The notes beneath the pieces were generated by a model. The model was not told the DNA's origin, ran no database searches, and saw only the letters and a program-made list of their open reading frames with translations. Both the position numbers and the translations under genes were made by a program. From Carpediemonas membranifera BICM (lineage: Eukaryota; Protista; Fornicata), in assembly GCA_019828565.1 (NCBI GenBank), contig JAHDYR010000038.1, positions 264,735 through 328,734 of the forward strand: 64,000 bases of DNA. Reading direction: 5' to 3'. Shown here piece by piece: positions 1-13,500 of the stretch (position 1 is the stretch's first letter; each line of letters starts with the position of its first letter).

Positions 1-2
1 CT

Positions 3-1109
3 GACGGTAGCTATTTCATACGCGTCGCATCCGTGGAGAAGCCCTCCGTCGCTGGTGAGTCGACTCTCTTCACCATCGAAGACCCGGAGACCATCGGCCC
101 TGGCCTTCGGATGATCAGTCCTACCTCTGTCTCGGTCTGGCGCCAGGGGGAGATGGCGACGGTGCGGTGGAACACCACGGGCGATGTGCCCTTCGTCACA
201 GTGGAGCTCTTCAACGCAGGCATGCTGTCGGAGACGATCGCGGAGAAGGTCGTCAACAACGGCTCCGTCAACTTCACACCGACGGAAAAGCAGACGCCCG
301 CGGATACTTATAGCGTCCGCGTGCGCCAGTCTGCCAACCCGACCGTCCTGGCGCTCTCAGGGCAGTTCATCATCTGGGAACCACGCGCTGAGCCGTCCAT
401 GAAGTTCGACAGGCCGCGAAACACAACCATCGCCATCCCTGGAAAGCAGACGCTGGTCCGGCTGGTCAGTAGCGGCGGTACGTCGACGACACTCACGCTG
501 CGTGACGCTGAGATGAATAAGATCGCCAATTTGTCAAGCGCGAGGCTCTCGGATGGCACCAACGACGTCGCTGTCACAATCCCCGCCACGACTGCCCCTG
601 GTACGTACCGGATCCAGGCCTACGACCCCGCCACAGGCGTCATCGCCAACTCCGCACTCTTCACAGTCCAGGAATCGGTTGGGCCAATTGACCTCGAGCA
701 ACCGACCGCCGCCTCCATTTGGTCAGCACTAGCGGATGTTCAGGTGCGCTGGTCAACCGCCGACCCGGCGACGCCGATGACAGTCGTCCTTTACAAGGGG
801 TCCACCCTCATCACCGTCCTCGCCCGCGATGTCACAGGTGGTGTGTTTGACTGGCGTGTGCCTGATTTGATTAACCCAGCTGATGGCTACATCATCCGGG
901 TGCGGACGTCGGAAGCGCCCTACTCCTTTGTGGACTCCGCAGAGTTTGTGGCGGAGGCGGACCCGGACGCTGAGGACGAGCCGCTCGATCCTCCCGAGCC
1001 GACTGTGCGCGAAGAAGACGACGACGATGATGAAGAAGACGACGACGGGGCCGGGCTGAGTGGCATGTGTGCAGCCGTACTGACAGCGGGGCTGCTGGTC
1101 CTGGTATAA
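3..1109 (+). CDS. Surface protein with repeated Ser/Thr-rich GPI-family (Kre9/Knh-like) Ig-type domains, probably GPI-anchored; 5' partial
   Basis: Frame is open from position 3. About three repeats of the type P-x(n)-VRW...V.Ly....i.....G.f.w.vP....d.Y.IRV, then an acidic stretch (EEDDDDDEEDDD) and a terminal hydrophobic tail (GMCAAVLTAGLLVLV). Confidence 0.7.
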   Translation, partial: DGSYFIRVASVEKPSVAGESTLFTIEDPETIGPGLRMISPTSVSVWRQGEMATVRWNTTGDVPFVTVELFNAGMLSETIAEKVVNNGSVNFTPTEKQTPADTYSVRVRQSANPTVLALSGQFIIWEPRAEPSMKFDRPRNTTIAIPGKQTLVRLVSSGGTSTTLTLRDAEMNKIANLSSARLSDGTNDVAVTIPATTAPGTYRIQAYDPATGVIANSALFTVQESVGPIDLEQPTAASIWSALADVQVRWSTADPATPMTVVLYKGSTLITVLARDVTGGVFDWRVPDLINPADGYIIRVRTSEAPYSFVDSAEFVAEADPDAEDEPLDPPEPTVREEDDDDDEEDDDGAGLSGMCAAVLTAGLLVLV

Positions 1110-1564
1110 AGATCATAGCTTTGGCGACTGTTGATAGAGGGAGGATGGTGTGAGGCTGATTCTCATGAGGGCTCCAAAGCTCTCCCTACCTCATGCCGAG
1201 CTCAGACCCAGCTCATGTTCCTGGGCTTCACCATGCGGCTGCCAACAGTCTTTATCATGACTGATCTAGCTAATTCCCAGAAAATCGGCCACAATCAGAT
1301 TGATCAGAGTCAAGCAAGTCACTCGCACTACAAATACAAATACGGAGACGGTGGCGTAATTTTCAGCAGGAAGATTGGGTCCCACTGCTGGATCGTGCGT
1401 GCCCCTGACGCGGCCACCAGTAACCTTGGCCACGACCGTCGATTTGATGGAGTTCCGTCTCACCCTGCATTGGATGATCAATGATCGCCCAACTCAACTG
1501 TAGCACGAGCCTGACATTCAAAGGTGAGGTTGGACCCAATTCGATTCAAGGGTAAAAAATCTTT

Positions 1565-4500
1565 TTACTGAGTCTTCTTGGGCACGTTGAGGCCGACGCC
1601 TGGCAGCTGCATGGGCGACAACACCAGCTTGGCGCCAGGTCGAGGCATGCCTACCATGGGGGGCAACCCCGACCGCCCGAGGGCTGGGGGGAGTCGAGCT
1701 ACAGGAGGTGTCCCGGCCGGAGGGGAAATAGGAGGCAGCTTCATCGGGCTGGCTGTGGATGGGTTGGGCGATTGGCCAAGGGGCTGGCGGATGGCGGGGA
1801 GGGCACGAACACCGTTAGGGACGTTGATGCCTCCGATGCCGTTAAGAGCTGACCGACCGGGCATCATTGCCGGCTTGGGCAAGGGCGGTAGGGCCATGGG
1901 GGACAGCACAGTCGGGGTCGACCCGACGATGGGCTGGGGCTTCAGGTCCTCGTCGTCACTGCCTTTGGTCTTGGTCCTAAACAGCATGACGACCTCGACG
2001 ACAATGGCAGAGCCGGCCATGGCGAGGATGCAGGTGCAGCAGAGACAGCCGAGCAAGAGAAGGGAGGCAACCGCGAACGAGGGGATGACCGCATAGAGCA
2101 CGCTGACCTCGTTGTAAGTCTCGGAGTCGGATGCGATCTCGGTGCCGTCGAACGTGGCAACGATGGTTCGCGTGTCGGCGCTGAGGTACACCTGGGTCGA
2201 GACGGAGGTGGAAGCAGAGGCAGCGGTAGAGCAAATGGCGTTGTCTGACAGTACAAGGGCCTGCTCCTCGTCGTCGATGAGGATGGCGAACGCGGTGGTG
2301 CCAGTGAGCGTGACATCGGTCATCGTGAGGCAGTACTCGCCCTCAGCCCGCTTGGAGATGGACGGCGAGAACGAATCAGCAAGGTTAGACCCGCTGACCG
2401 TCTCATCTGACACACACGTGACAGTGCCAGCGGTCAGTATGCCCGTTAGTGGCCGAACTCCCATCGCAGCGAAGGGGAGGTTGCTGGGGCAAATCCTTGA
2501 CTCCATAGCGGCGATAAGAGTCGTGCCGGAAAGAGTCAGAGTCGTGTCCGGAGTCTCGAAATCTGCCGGAATGGTCAGGGTCGTCGACTCAATGGTCGAG
2601 TCGGAGAATTCAACCTCAAGCTCGTAGTCGCCGGGGTGGATGGCGCCGTCGCTGCTCCCCACGATGGGGATGACTTCCACTGGACTAGTTGAGATAATCG
2701 TGGCGGCGACACCGTCAACCGTGATGGCGTCAATGTCGCTCCGACCGGAGACCTCCACGGACGTCGTCGAGTCCTCGACCTCAGAGAGGCAGGTTGAGTG
2801 GCCGTGGCCGTCGGCGTCGTTGGTCGACCCAGTGCCGCAGGTCTGGCAGATGTCAGCGCCGGGGGAGTCGGCGAAATGACCGCCGTCGCAGACTTCTGGG
2901 GTGGAGCGGCCGTCTGAGGGGACGACCGAGCCTGGCGGGGCGTCGACGCACTCCCAGTAGCCGGGGGCAGGCGAATACGACCCAGCGGGGCAGGGGGCGC
3001 ACGAGTGCCAGGAGTCGGCGTAGTTTCCGGCATCGCAGGTCATGCCGATCATGCTCAGCTCGTACGCCCCGTCGACGAGGGATACGACCGCCATAGACAT
3101 GGGGTCGACGGCAAGCCCGTGGCCGAAGCCAGGGTCTGGGTCAAAGCCGTCGTCCGTGACATAAACGTGAACAGTGGCCGTGGCAGAGCCGGAAGCCCTG
3201 CTGTAGAGATGGACGGCGCCGAACGCGTCTGTGGCGGCGACAGTAGTTCCATGGACAGCGACTGCCCGGCCAAGACCCTGGTCCTCGATCGGGTCGAAGT
3301 CGGGCCAGAAGACGGCATTCGTGTCTGATGCCCACATCCCAAAGGAGCCAGCAGCAGACTTGTGCCCGGCAAATCCAGTGTCAAGCGCGCTATCACCGAA
3401 CGCCACAGTTGCACCAGATGTGGCGGAGACGACCCTGCTGAACTGCACCGAGTTGACTGCGGTACATGGCATGAGGAACGCGCAGACGCGGCTCTCGTCG
3501 GCCATGCCCACGGCAAACCTGATCGAGGGGGCGAGGCTCATGATTCCCACGGTCAGGGCGACCCCTCCGATCGCTGTCGGGGTATACTGGTCGATCCACT
3601 CTTCGTTGGTCTCGTCGTACAAGAAGAACTCTACTACAGACGTGCCAGCGGAGTCGTCCCACGCGAGGGCTGCGAGGAGGGGGTACTGCAGGTCGAGGGA
3701 CTTGCCAAACTCGGCAGTGCTGGTGGCAGTCAGCGTTGAGTGGAAGGGGAAGGTGTGGCCGTCGCGGGTGTACACGAACACGGCCCCGGCCCCGGCGTCG
3801 GTCAGGCAGGGGGCGCCGACTGCGAGCCAGTCATCCCTCAGCACCATGGCGTGCCCGAAGTCCGTGGCGGCCGATGGCGGGGTGACTGTGGCGTTGGGGG
3901 TCCACACCGAGAACACGGCGGTGTAGAGGCTGACCTGGTTCGTCTCGGGCAGCCCGACGAGGAGGAGGTCGTCGTCGAGGGCTAGCTGGGGTATACGAGC
4001 TGACGCCGAGGTCGAGGGTCTGGATGCCGTATGATCTGGTGCACGAGGTCGACTCGGCCGCAGTCTGGCTGGTAGCCACGGGGCATTCGATGGGGGCGGT
4101 GTGGGCATAGCCGTCATCTGGGACAAAGAAGCCGGCGTCGGCAGACAGACACTCAGTGGCGCCCTTGTCGGGCTGGTACGTGCCGGCGTTGCAGGGCACG
4201 CACGTTGTTGAATTGTCGGCGTAGGACCCGTTGAGGCACCTGGTGTGGCTGTTGGAATAGGCGATGCTACCGCTGGGCACGGGGCCACACTCGAGCCAGG
4301 ACGTCGCGACCTCGCCGACAGGACAGTCGTAGCGGGAGTAAATGACGGCATCGCCAGTCATACCGACAACAACCAGGCCGCTATCAGTGATCTTGAGTCC
4401 TTGACCCATTGAGTCATCCGTGGCAGCGTCGGGAATATCTAGACTGAGGGAAGCAGTCCAGAAGCCGGGGACGACGCGGTGGTAGACAACGACAGATCCA

Positions 4501-7500
4501 AGGTTGCCGTTGTCGTAGGCACGGCCGTGGTATATTGCGTCACCCGCATGAGCGAGAGACTGCACCTGGGCGCTGTTGGGCACGGTCCACGTGCCTTCAG
4601 ACACAGTGATGTTCTCACCAGAAGTAATGTTAAACTCGAAGACGGCGTACGTATCTGCAGCCGGAACTGTCGGATCGAGGCAGGCGACAGCGAGAGTGTC
4701 CTCGTCGGGCGAGATGTCCATTGCTTTGCCGATGTATTGGTAGCCGGTTAACGTGACCGAGGTGACCGGGGTGAGGGTCGATCCATTAAACTGGTAAACA
4801 AAGACCTGTGCGCCGGCTGTCGTGTACGGTGCAAACTCTTGCGTGCTGACCGCCACCGTGGACCCACGGGCAGCAGCGTGCCAGCCGTACCCAACGGTCC
4901 CAGATTCAGCAAAGGAGTCGACCCACGCCCACTCGTCGAGGACGAGGCGGTAGAGGTGGATGGCGCCGGCCAGGAGGCTTCCATCGCTGGCAGTTGCGTG
5001 GTAGTCGCTGAGGATGATGTGGCTGTCGCCAACCCTCGTGCCAGTGAAGGAGAATGAGTCTGACGCGAGACTATCGTCAGGCGGCAGGATCTGCTGGACG
5101 AGCTCGAGACTCCACCGGTCATAGATCAGGGCCGCTCCCGTGGTCCGGCCAGGGTTGAGGTCGGTCCCGCCGTAGCCGCCCACGATGATGTGCTCGTCCG
5201 TGATGATGGATGCTAGTGCACTGGGCCTGTGATGGTCGTTCCTTGGCGGTGCAATCGAGGCAAGCTCCTCCCATGCCGCGGAGACAGTGTCGTAGGCGAA
5301 GAGAGTGACGTTTGTGCCGGATATAACATTTTCTCGCATAATGGCAAGGCCCTCGTGAGCATCAAACCAGCCGCCACTGCTACCACCAACTGCAAAGCGC
5401 TTGCCCTCGAATATCTCGACACAGCCTGTTTGCGTTGCGTTGGGCTCGAATCCAGTAGGACAAGTGTGACAAGCCATCGCCCCGTCAGTCGAGACAGTCC
5501 CAGCTGGACACGCGACACATGCGGAGACGCTCTCAGGATAGAACCCGGCGTCGCAGTTTCTAGCGTAGAGGCGGGCCCTGCCGGTATAGGGGATCGAGAC
5601 GACGTACATACCGCCCTGAGCGCTGATCCGCTGGTAGGCATCATGGCCGGCGTTGATTATGGCTCGGCCGTCAGCCCAGGCGACTGGGCGATCGGCGGAG
5701 AGTTCGAACCAGTGCATGTCTGCCTTGCCCACTGCGTCGGTTGGGAGACCTGGAGACCCGACGGCGATTGTGTCAGGTCCCACCATTGCTATGGTGGTCC
5801 CGAAGTGGTAGTTTCCTGAATCAAGGCGGCCGCTGGTCAGGATCGTCTTCAGCGGGTACGTGTCGCCGTCGTTGAGGTAGACGTACACGGCTCCGGTGCT
5901 CACGTCGTTGGCAGTGTGAGATGTGTCGTCCGGGCTTCCGACGAGGACGAGGTCGTCCGTGATCACAATGGAGGCGGCAACAGAGTCTGGCGTAGGGGTG
6001 AGTGAGACTGCAGTGTCCTTGTCCGCGAAGTCTGGGTAGACCGTGGTCGTCCCGGCGTCTGACGAGCAGACCATCATTCGGCCGTAAACTGCGAAATTGT
6101 AACAGGTGTCGCCGTAGTCGACCTCGTCAATCGCGGTGAGGCTTGGGAGATCATAGCTGAACATCAGGATGTTGGTCAGAGTGTTGCCGACGGAGCTAGC
6201 GATAAGAGTGTCGCCACTAACATCAATCTGCCAGCCGAAGAAGACGTCCGTGGCGGGGGAGTCAATATACATCAGATCGTCAAATATATGGCCGTATCTC
6301 TTGATCAGACCGACTCTGCCGATCTCAGTCATGTAGAACGGGTCACCAAACAGGATATAATCGTCTGTCACGACGATTCGAGATGAAGTGTCAGTCAACG
6401 CGCCAACAAGGGTCTTGAAGAACGCCCAGCTGTGGTCGTATGGGTCATATCTCGCAAATATCAGGTCGCCGGTGAGTGGCTCAGCTCCCACCATGAGCAG
6501 GTCGGGCCCGATGGCGATTTCAGACCCAAACTGTCCCGGGGCGTCCAGAACCGCGCTGACCTCGTCGCCCACGCATGCGGTGCTGCTGAGCACTGTTCCT
6601 GTGTGACACGGGGAGCAGACGGTGGAGCCGGCGGACGAGACAGTGCCAGCGGGGCAGTCGGCACAGGAGAAGAACGTGTCAGGGTACTGGTCGACGGAGC
6701 AGAACACGGTGTAGATTGTCGCCTCGCCGTCGACCGCGGCTGCCCCAGTGTTGGCGGGCGCGCCCATTACTACGGCTGTGCTTGAGCCTCCAAGACCGGC
6801 CCCGAATCTACTCTCGGCCGAGGTGGCGGGGATGAGGTTTCCCGGTACCCACACGCCCGAGGACTGCAGCTCGAGGATCCGTACGACACCAGAATTGCCG
6901 AACCTCCCAGGGATACCGGCAAACACGGCCCCGCTGGAATATGCCAGCGCCTCTGGTCTATCACTCTCTTGTAGGGTCTGGCCGACCTCCCACGCCGGGC
7001 TGGATTCTGATCCAACGTTGATGTGGATGACAATGTCATTGTTGGACGAAGATGTGGTGAAGATTGTGAGATCATCAAGTATTAGCACCGCGCTGTCTCC
7101 AGAATAGCCTAAGTCAGTACCGCAAGTGGAGTAGTCCGCGCATTCGGCCGGCCAGGGATAGACGGTCGTCGTCGTGGTGTCCCCTGTGACGAAGTATCTC
7201 GGGTGGACGGCGAGACTTGTGCCGTACACACCCTCTAGAGCGGTCGTTAACGTGTCCCACGCGTCAGTAGCAGCGTTGTACTCTGAGATCATCGAGCGGT
7301 CGTTAACATTATCAGTCACGAAAAGCTTGCCGTTGACGATACCCATTTTCAGGTTGAAACTAAGCTCTGTTACGGTGGTGTGATGGATGCATGAACGCGG
7401 ATCCAGTCTGTAGATCATCGCGCCCGCTGCCGTCCCAATAGCCAGCCAGGAATCGTCCATTGCAGCTGACAGCACGGCCTGGCCTGAAAACTCCTTGATC

Positions 7501-10500
7501 AAGACCCAGTCGGTCACGCCCCGCGTGTACAAGAAAGCGGACGGCCTTCCCATGCTGGAAATAAGTAGGTTCTCGCCTGCCACGACGACGATGTCACCGT
7601 ACGTGTCCGCTGCGGGAGTGATGCTCGTGGAGACGAGAAGGCTGTCGCAAGAGTCCTTGAGGGCACTCGGGGTGTAGCCGACGCCGCATGGAAGACAGTG
7701 TATAGACCCAGTGGGAGCATACGTACCTGCCGGGCACGGCATGCACACGTCGAATGAGACTGGGAAGGTCCCGGCCTCGCAACTCGGCCTATGCGTCACC
7801 ACAGGATCGTTGGTGCCCTCGGAGAAGAAGACCATGCCTGGCAGCATCGAAGCAGCATTTGCAACGTCGCCGCCAGCGACCCGTTCATATCCGATGTCCT
7901 TAAACTGCCGAGACGTCGAGTCGAACGAGACCAACTCCAGCGAGCCGGAAGACCCGAGATATGAGGAGTCGGGGGACCCGGCGAAGAGGTTGCCGCCCGA
8001 GGCAGCGAGGGTCTGGCCGAAATTGGTCATGTCAGAATACATCGAGCGGATCCACGTGAGCTGGGTCCACTCGCTGGTGTCTGCGTCGAGTTCAAAGGCG
8101 ACCACGGCGCCCTGGGCGGTGCCAAACATGTCGGCGTCGGGGTCAGAGATCAGGAGGAGGTCGTAGACGTCGTCGTAGGCCATGGATGACCCGAAGCTGC
8201 CTGTCGTCGTGGGCAGGGTGGCTGTGATGACCTGGGTGACGGTGCTCCAGTCGGACTCGTCGACGGCGAAGACAGTGTTCGCCTCGGGGGCGCCGATGAA
8301 CAGCGTGCCGTTGTGCTCAAGCAAGCTTGTGCCGAGGGCGTCCGCCCCGCGGCCAGACACGCCGGCCAGGTCGACCGTGGTGACCTTGGGAGCGGAGGAA
8401 TCCGTGAGCTCGTAGATGACGACGACACCGGCACCAATGACCGCGCCAACAGACGCGGCAGGGGCACCAATGGCGAGGTAGTCGTCCCACAGCAGGAGTG
8501 TGTCGCCGAACGACGACTCCGCTGGTAAGATACTCACAGATGCGATCTTGGTGAAGACACTCTGGATCCGCCAATAAACCTCGACAGAGCTGGATGCACC
8601 GACCGCAAGGAATCTATCGTTAATGGCCAAGGATTTCCCGAAGTCGCCCGCGCTGCCCTCGATGGAAGTGACAACGGAGTACTCTTGGTCCGAGTTCAGC
8701 AGAGTGGCGACGAGCACGCCGTTGGGTGTGGCGGGATCGTCGAAGTGTGTTGACACGGCGACAAACTCGTCGGACAGGGCGATTGCGTGGCCAAAGTGGG
8801 AGGACGTTCCACCGAATGGATTGGTGTACAGTTTGGTCAGGCGGGGGAGTGCGCAGCTGGTAACAAGGCTGGTGCCGGCACAGGTCTCGCACCCGTCGTG
8901 CCAGCTGGTCATAGCTTCACTGGAAGTGTCATTGCACGGCTGGTAGGCGATGGTGACCGCCCCATCAGTTGAGTTCCAATGAGGTGACCCGGCTGCAATA
9001 AACTGCGCGGTGGCAGAGACTGACGAACCAAAGCTGGCCGTACCGGTCGAGGAGGAGGGTATCGCGTGCTCGAACGTGCACTCTGAGCCATCGAAGGCGA
9101 ACACGTGCACCCGGCCAACCTGAGCTCCGTCATAAAACTCTGGCGCGCCCACAATGACATGCGTGTCAGTCAGCGCGACAGCAGAGCCGAACGCCTCGTC
9201 GGTGGAGTAGGGGGTGGCGATAGTGTCAGCCACGACCCACGCCGTAGAGTCCAAGCCCAGCAGCGTCACAGACCCGGCCCCTGAGACGCCCTGGATGGTG
9301 TCAGCGGGGCTTCCCACAGCGATGGTGGTCTCCGTCGCGGCGAGGGCCTGACCGAAGTGACCCGTGCCTTGAACGAACTGTGTCTCCGAGACTATGCCTG
9401 AGAGGGCTGTGGTGTAGTTGAACACGGCAATGTAGTCGGCCAAGGGGTCTGCTGCCACGATGAACGAGGAGTCTGGCGCCACAGCCACAGTCGACCCGAA
9501 GCTGTCGCCTGAAGATGCCATGGATGACCTAAGTTGGCACTGGAGTGCCCATCGTACACCAGAGAAGGAGTAGACGAGGACCTGGCCCAGCATGGTGTCA
9601 GATACACCCACGGCGAGGATGGAGTCGGTCATCGCCACTGCCGCGCCATAGGAGGATGCGGTGAACCCATCGGGGGTGAGGGTGTCTAGTAAATCGAAGG
9701 ACGCGTCGGACCGAGAGTAGACAAAGACCTTGGACTCAGCAGGCGAGCCCATAGCGACCCAATGGCCGGAAACGTCGAAGGACGGCATGAACGCGGTGCC
9801 CGAGGTCGGGACGAGTGAGAACGACAGTCCATCAGACACCCAGCTCTCAGTGCTGGTGTCGAATGAGTATGTAGCAAACTGTGGCCTTATATTCATGCCT
9901 GTGTGGCTGAAAAGTGCGAAAATTCGGCTACCGTGGACCTTGACGACGTGGGGTAAGGTGTGGCCGCTGGGGATGGTCTGAACGAGATAGGACGGGTCGC
10001 ACGCGGTCTGGTCACCGTTTGCAGTATAACCAGAAGGACACTCGAAGCAGCGAGACCAGCCGGCCTCGGAGACGAACCCAGCGGGGCATGGCTCGCAAGA
10101 GTGCCAGGTGGCAGGCTGCTCACCAGCCGGGCAGGATATGGTTGTTGTAAACACCTTGCCGGGCGCCCCAGCAGGGTTGGCCGAGTATGCGAGCATGACA
10201 GAGCCTGCCGCAGCTGCCAGGCCGACCTGGTCGTCCTGGGCGGGAGCAGTGGCCGTGAACTGGCCCGAGTCGTCCCATGCGTCTGCGTCACCGTCGTATT
10301 CGAACGCGAGCATGGCCCCAGCGTTGGTCAGGCCAGAAATAGTGATGTATGGAGCACCAGCAAGCAGGACGTCGTCGTCAAGATAGAGAGAGTTGGGGAG
10401 CGTCGACCTGTGGTTGATCGCCGTGCCGATAGGCTGGAATACTGAGCCGTCGAACTCGAACACTTGCACGGCGCCCGTGGTCGTCCTCACCACCTGAGAC

Positions 10501-13500
10501 GGGCAGCCCACCGCCACTCTAATCCTACTAGCGGTCTCTACAGCAGCGAGGGTCGACCCGAAGGCCTGGCCGGCCGACCCATGGATCGTGGTGACCTCCG
10601 CTATGTCGGCCCTGCTGTAGACGGTGACCATGTTCGTCCCGGGAGCGCCGACAAAGATGAACGTCGGTGTCAGGGCGACAGCGGCTCCGAACTGGCTCCC
10701 AGAGGTCCAATCTTTGACCTTCGAGAACGACTGCCAAATGTTAGAGATGAACTTGCGGACGTAGACCTCGTTGTCTAGCGTTGCTATGACCAGCATGGTG
10801 TTGTCAGCGGCCAACTGGTAGCCGAATCCGCCTGCCGATGACAACATCGATCTCGGCGGGCCGAACTTAAACTGCGAATCAAACGTGTATACGATAACAC
10901 CATTGGCAGTTGGCGCTGTTACCGCGAGATAGTGGTTGGTCAACGCGATGGCAGAGCTCCCGAATGCGGGATCGGCAGCGTACTCGACGATGCCGACCAT
11001 CTCAAAGTGAGATGAGGCCATGAATCCTTGGCGCTGGTAGAGGTAGGCCAGACCAGAGGCTGAGCCAACTGCTACGAGGTCCCCACTCACTGAAAGATGG
11101 GCGCCGAAGCCGTCGTCGTTAGCGGGACTGTCTGCGGTGAAACTAGTGTGATAGAGGCCGTCGACGCAGCCGTCGGCAGCGGCATTGGGGGTCTGCCCGA
11201 AAGGACACGTGTGGCAGACAGACATGCTGTGCTCAGGCGAATAAGTGCCGGCAGGACAGTCGGCGCAGGAGTACCATGTATCGGCGTACTGGCCCGCCGC
11301 ACACAGTGGGCTCAGCATCAGTGCGTTTGTCAGCTCCACCCCGCCTTCATCGTGCTGGCCTGCAGTAAAGATGGAGGTCCGTCCCGCAGAAATGGTGTTG
11401 CCGACGCCTGGGCTTAAGGGGTCGTAGTAGACCAAGGTCTGGGCCCACACTTCGCTGGTTGTGGTGGATGAGACAATGTCGAACATGAGCACGCAGCCGG
11501 TGACCGAGGCAAGCTGGCATGCAGTCCAGCCGACTGCGGCGTGGCCGTCGTGGAGGCTGATACTGGAGGGGAAGGCTCCGCCGCTGACGGGGTCGTTTGG
11601 TATGATTGCGCCAGAGCTCTGCGTCCAACCGTTGTCGAAGGCGAAGGCGTACATCGCCCCATCCCCACTATTGTCGCCGGGAGCCCCGACGAGGAGCGTA
11701 GACCCCTCCATGGCGACTGTATGCCCGAAAAGCACGCCTGCCGCAGTGATGGTGATGTCGTCTGTCTCCGAGCCCCATCCCCCGTTGTCGAAGTCGATTT
11801 GCACTATGTCCTCTGCGGGGAAGCCGACGGCATATCTCGCCCCGTCCATTGCCACCGAGCGGGCTACACCGGCCCTCATGGAGACGGACGAGCCGATCAC
11901 TGACCATAGCTCGTTGGTAAACTGCCTTACAGAGATGGTAGTCATACCAGCGTCGGCGTCTGGGTCGACATGCAGGATAAGGTCGCCGCTAGCTGCAACC
12001 AGGGGTGGATAGTTGCTCATGGAGTTGGACAACACAGACGGGTTGACGAATTCAACGCCGAAGCGGGCGTACACGACAGTAATGCCCTTCGAGGTCGACG
12101 GGTTCTGGCCTGAAACGACGAGCCAGTCATCAGAAAGACCCATGCTGTGTCCTAGCTTGTTGTTGTCGCCGGTAAAGTCATCAGTCAGCAAGACTGTGGA
12201 TGACATCCAGTCGCTGGCGGATTGTGACCAGATGAACGCAGTCACGCCGCACGAGCCCGCTCCTCCGTCTGGGGAGCCTCGAAGCGCGAGTTCACCGCTA
12301 ACAGCCATGCTATACACGTTGGTGGTAACACCGGTGAACGTAATAGCAGTCTCGTTGGCGCAGGTCTGGCCGTCGCCCACGGTGTACGGGGGGCAGTCAG
12401 CGCAGGAGTACCATGTGTCTGCGTGCTGGCCAGCGGTGCAGGTGGGGTGGATGCACGTGATGGCCGTACTCTGGGCGTCGGTGGCGAACATCACGCCAGA
12501 GCCCCTAGTGCTGGCGAATTGTCCGAAACCCATGCTATCGACGAGACGCTCGCTCGGCGGGAGGAGGTATCCGACGTCAGACATGTCGTCAATGGTGGGC
12601 TCAAAGCCTGAGACCGCAAAAGCGCCGGTCTCATGGCCGTATAGGGAATAGCTTGTGGCAGAGGAGAGCACCTGGTCGCCAAACGCGGCAACAGTGTGTG
12701 CAAAGTCGACCATCGTGCCCGATTTGATGCGGTACGCGTAGACCGACCCGTCCGAGAAGCACTTCATGCGCACAGCCCCATTGTTCATCGAAGTGAGGAA
12801 CTCATCGTGGGCAAGCACGCTCACGGAGACACCAAAGTCTCCAAACGCGGCTGAGACAGAGTACTGGGGCTGCCATGTGACTGTGTTGAGGAGGAAGACC
12901 GAGCCGAAGCCGGGGCTCGGGAGCTGGCTAACAGCTATGGCGACGGACCGGTCAGGCATCTCCTTAGTGGCGATCTTGCTCCCAAAGTGGCCGTTAGGAA
13001 TGCTGCTACTGGACACAATGTCAGGAGTGCGAGGCGTCCATGCAGCCGAGGCCTGGGTGTACTTGTAGCGGTGAACGACGCCGGCCTGGCTGTTAACTCC
13101 GTCATCCCTCGTCGGGGCGCCGACAAGAAGACTGTCCCCCGCGAGGGCTAGACTCCATCCAAAGCCGGTGCCTGCGTCAGCGGGGGTCAGGGAGGCGGTG
13201 AGGTCCAGGGTCGACCGGGAGTAGACAAGGACGAGGCCGTAGTTGAACTCGGAGGAGACGGCGAGCCAGTCGTCGTTGATGGCCACAGCGAGGCCGACAC
13301 AGCCTGAGGCAGGCGGGGTGAGGGTCTCCGTGAGAGTCCAGGCGGTCCCATCATACTCGTGGAGGAAGACGCTGCCAGTGTCGGTGCCACAGCCCTCAGT
13401 GTAGGAGACCGCGGCCATGGCGTCCTTGTACGTGGAGATCGCCGTGACCGCCACACCCGGGTCCACCGTGCTGACCGTGTATTCTGGGACACAGGCCGTG

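Noticed and set aside
1131-1484. 117 aa ORF between convergent genes
   Set aside because: TTG start, atypical composition, no motif.
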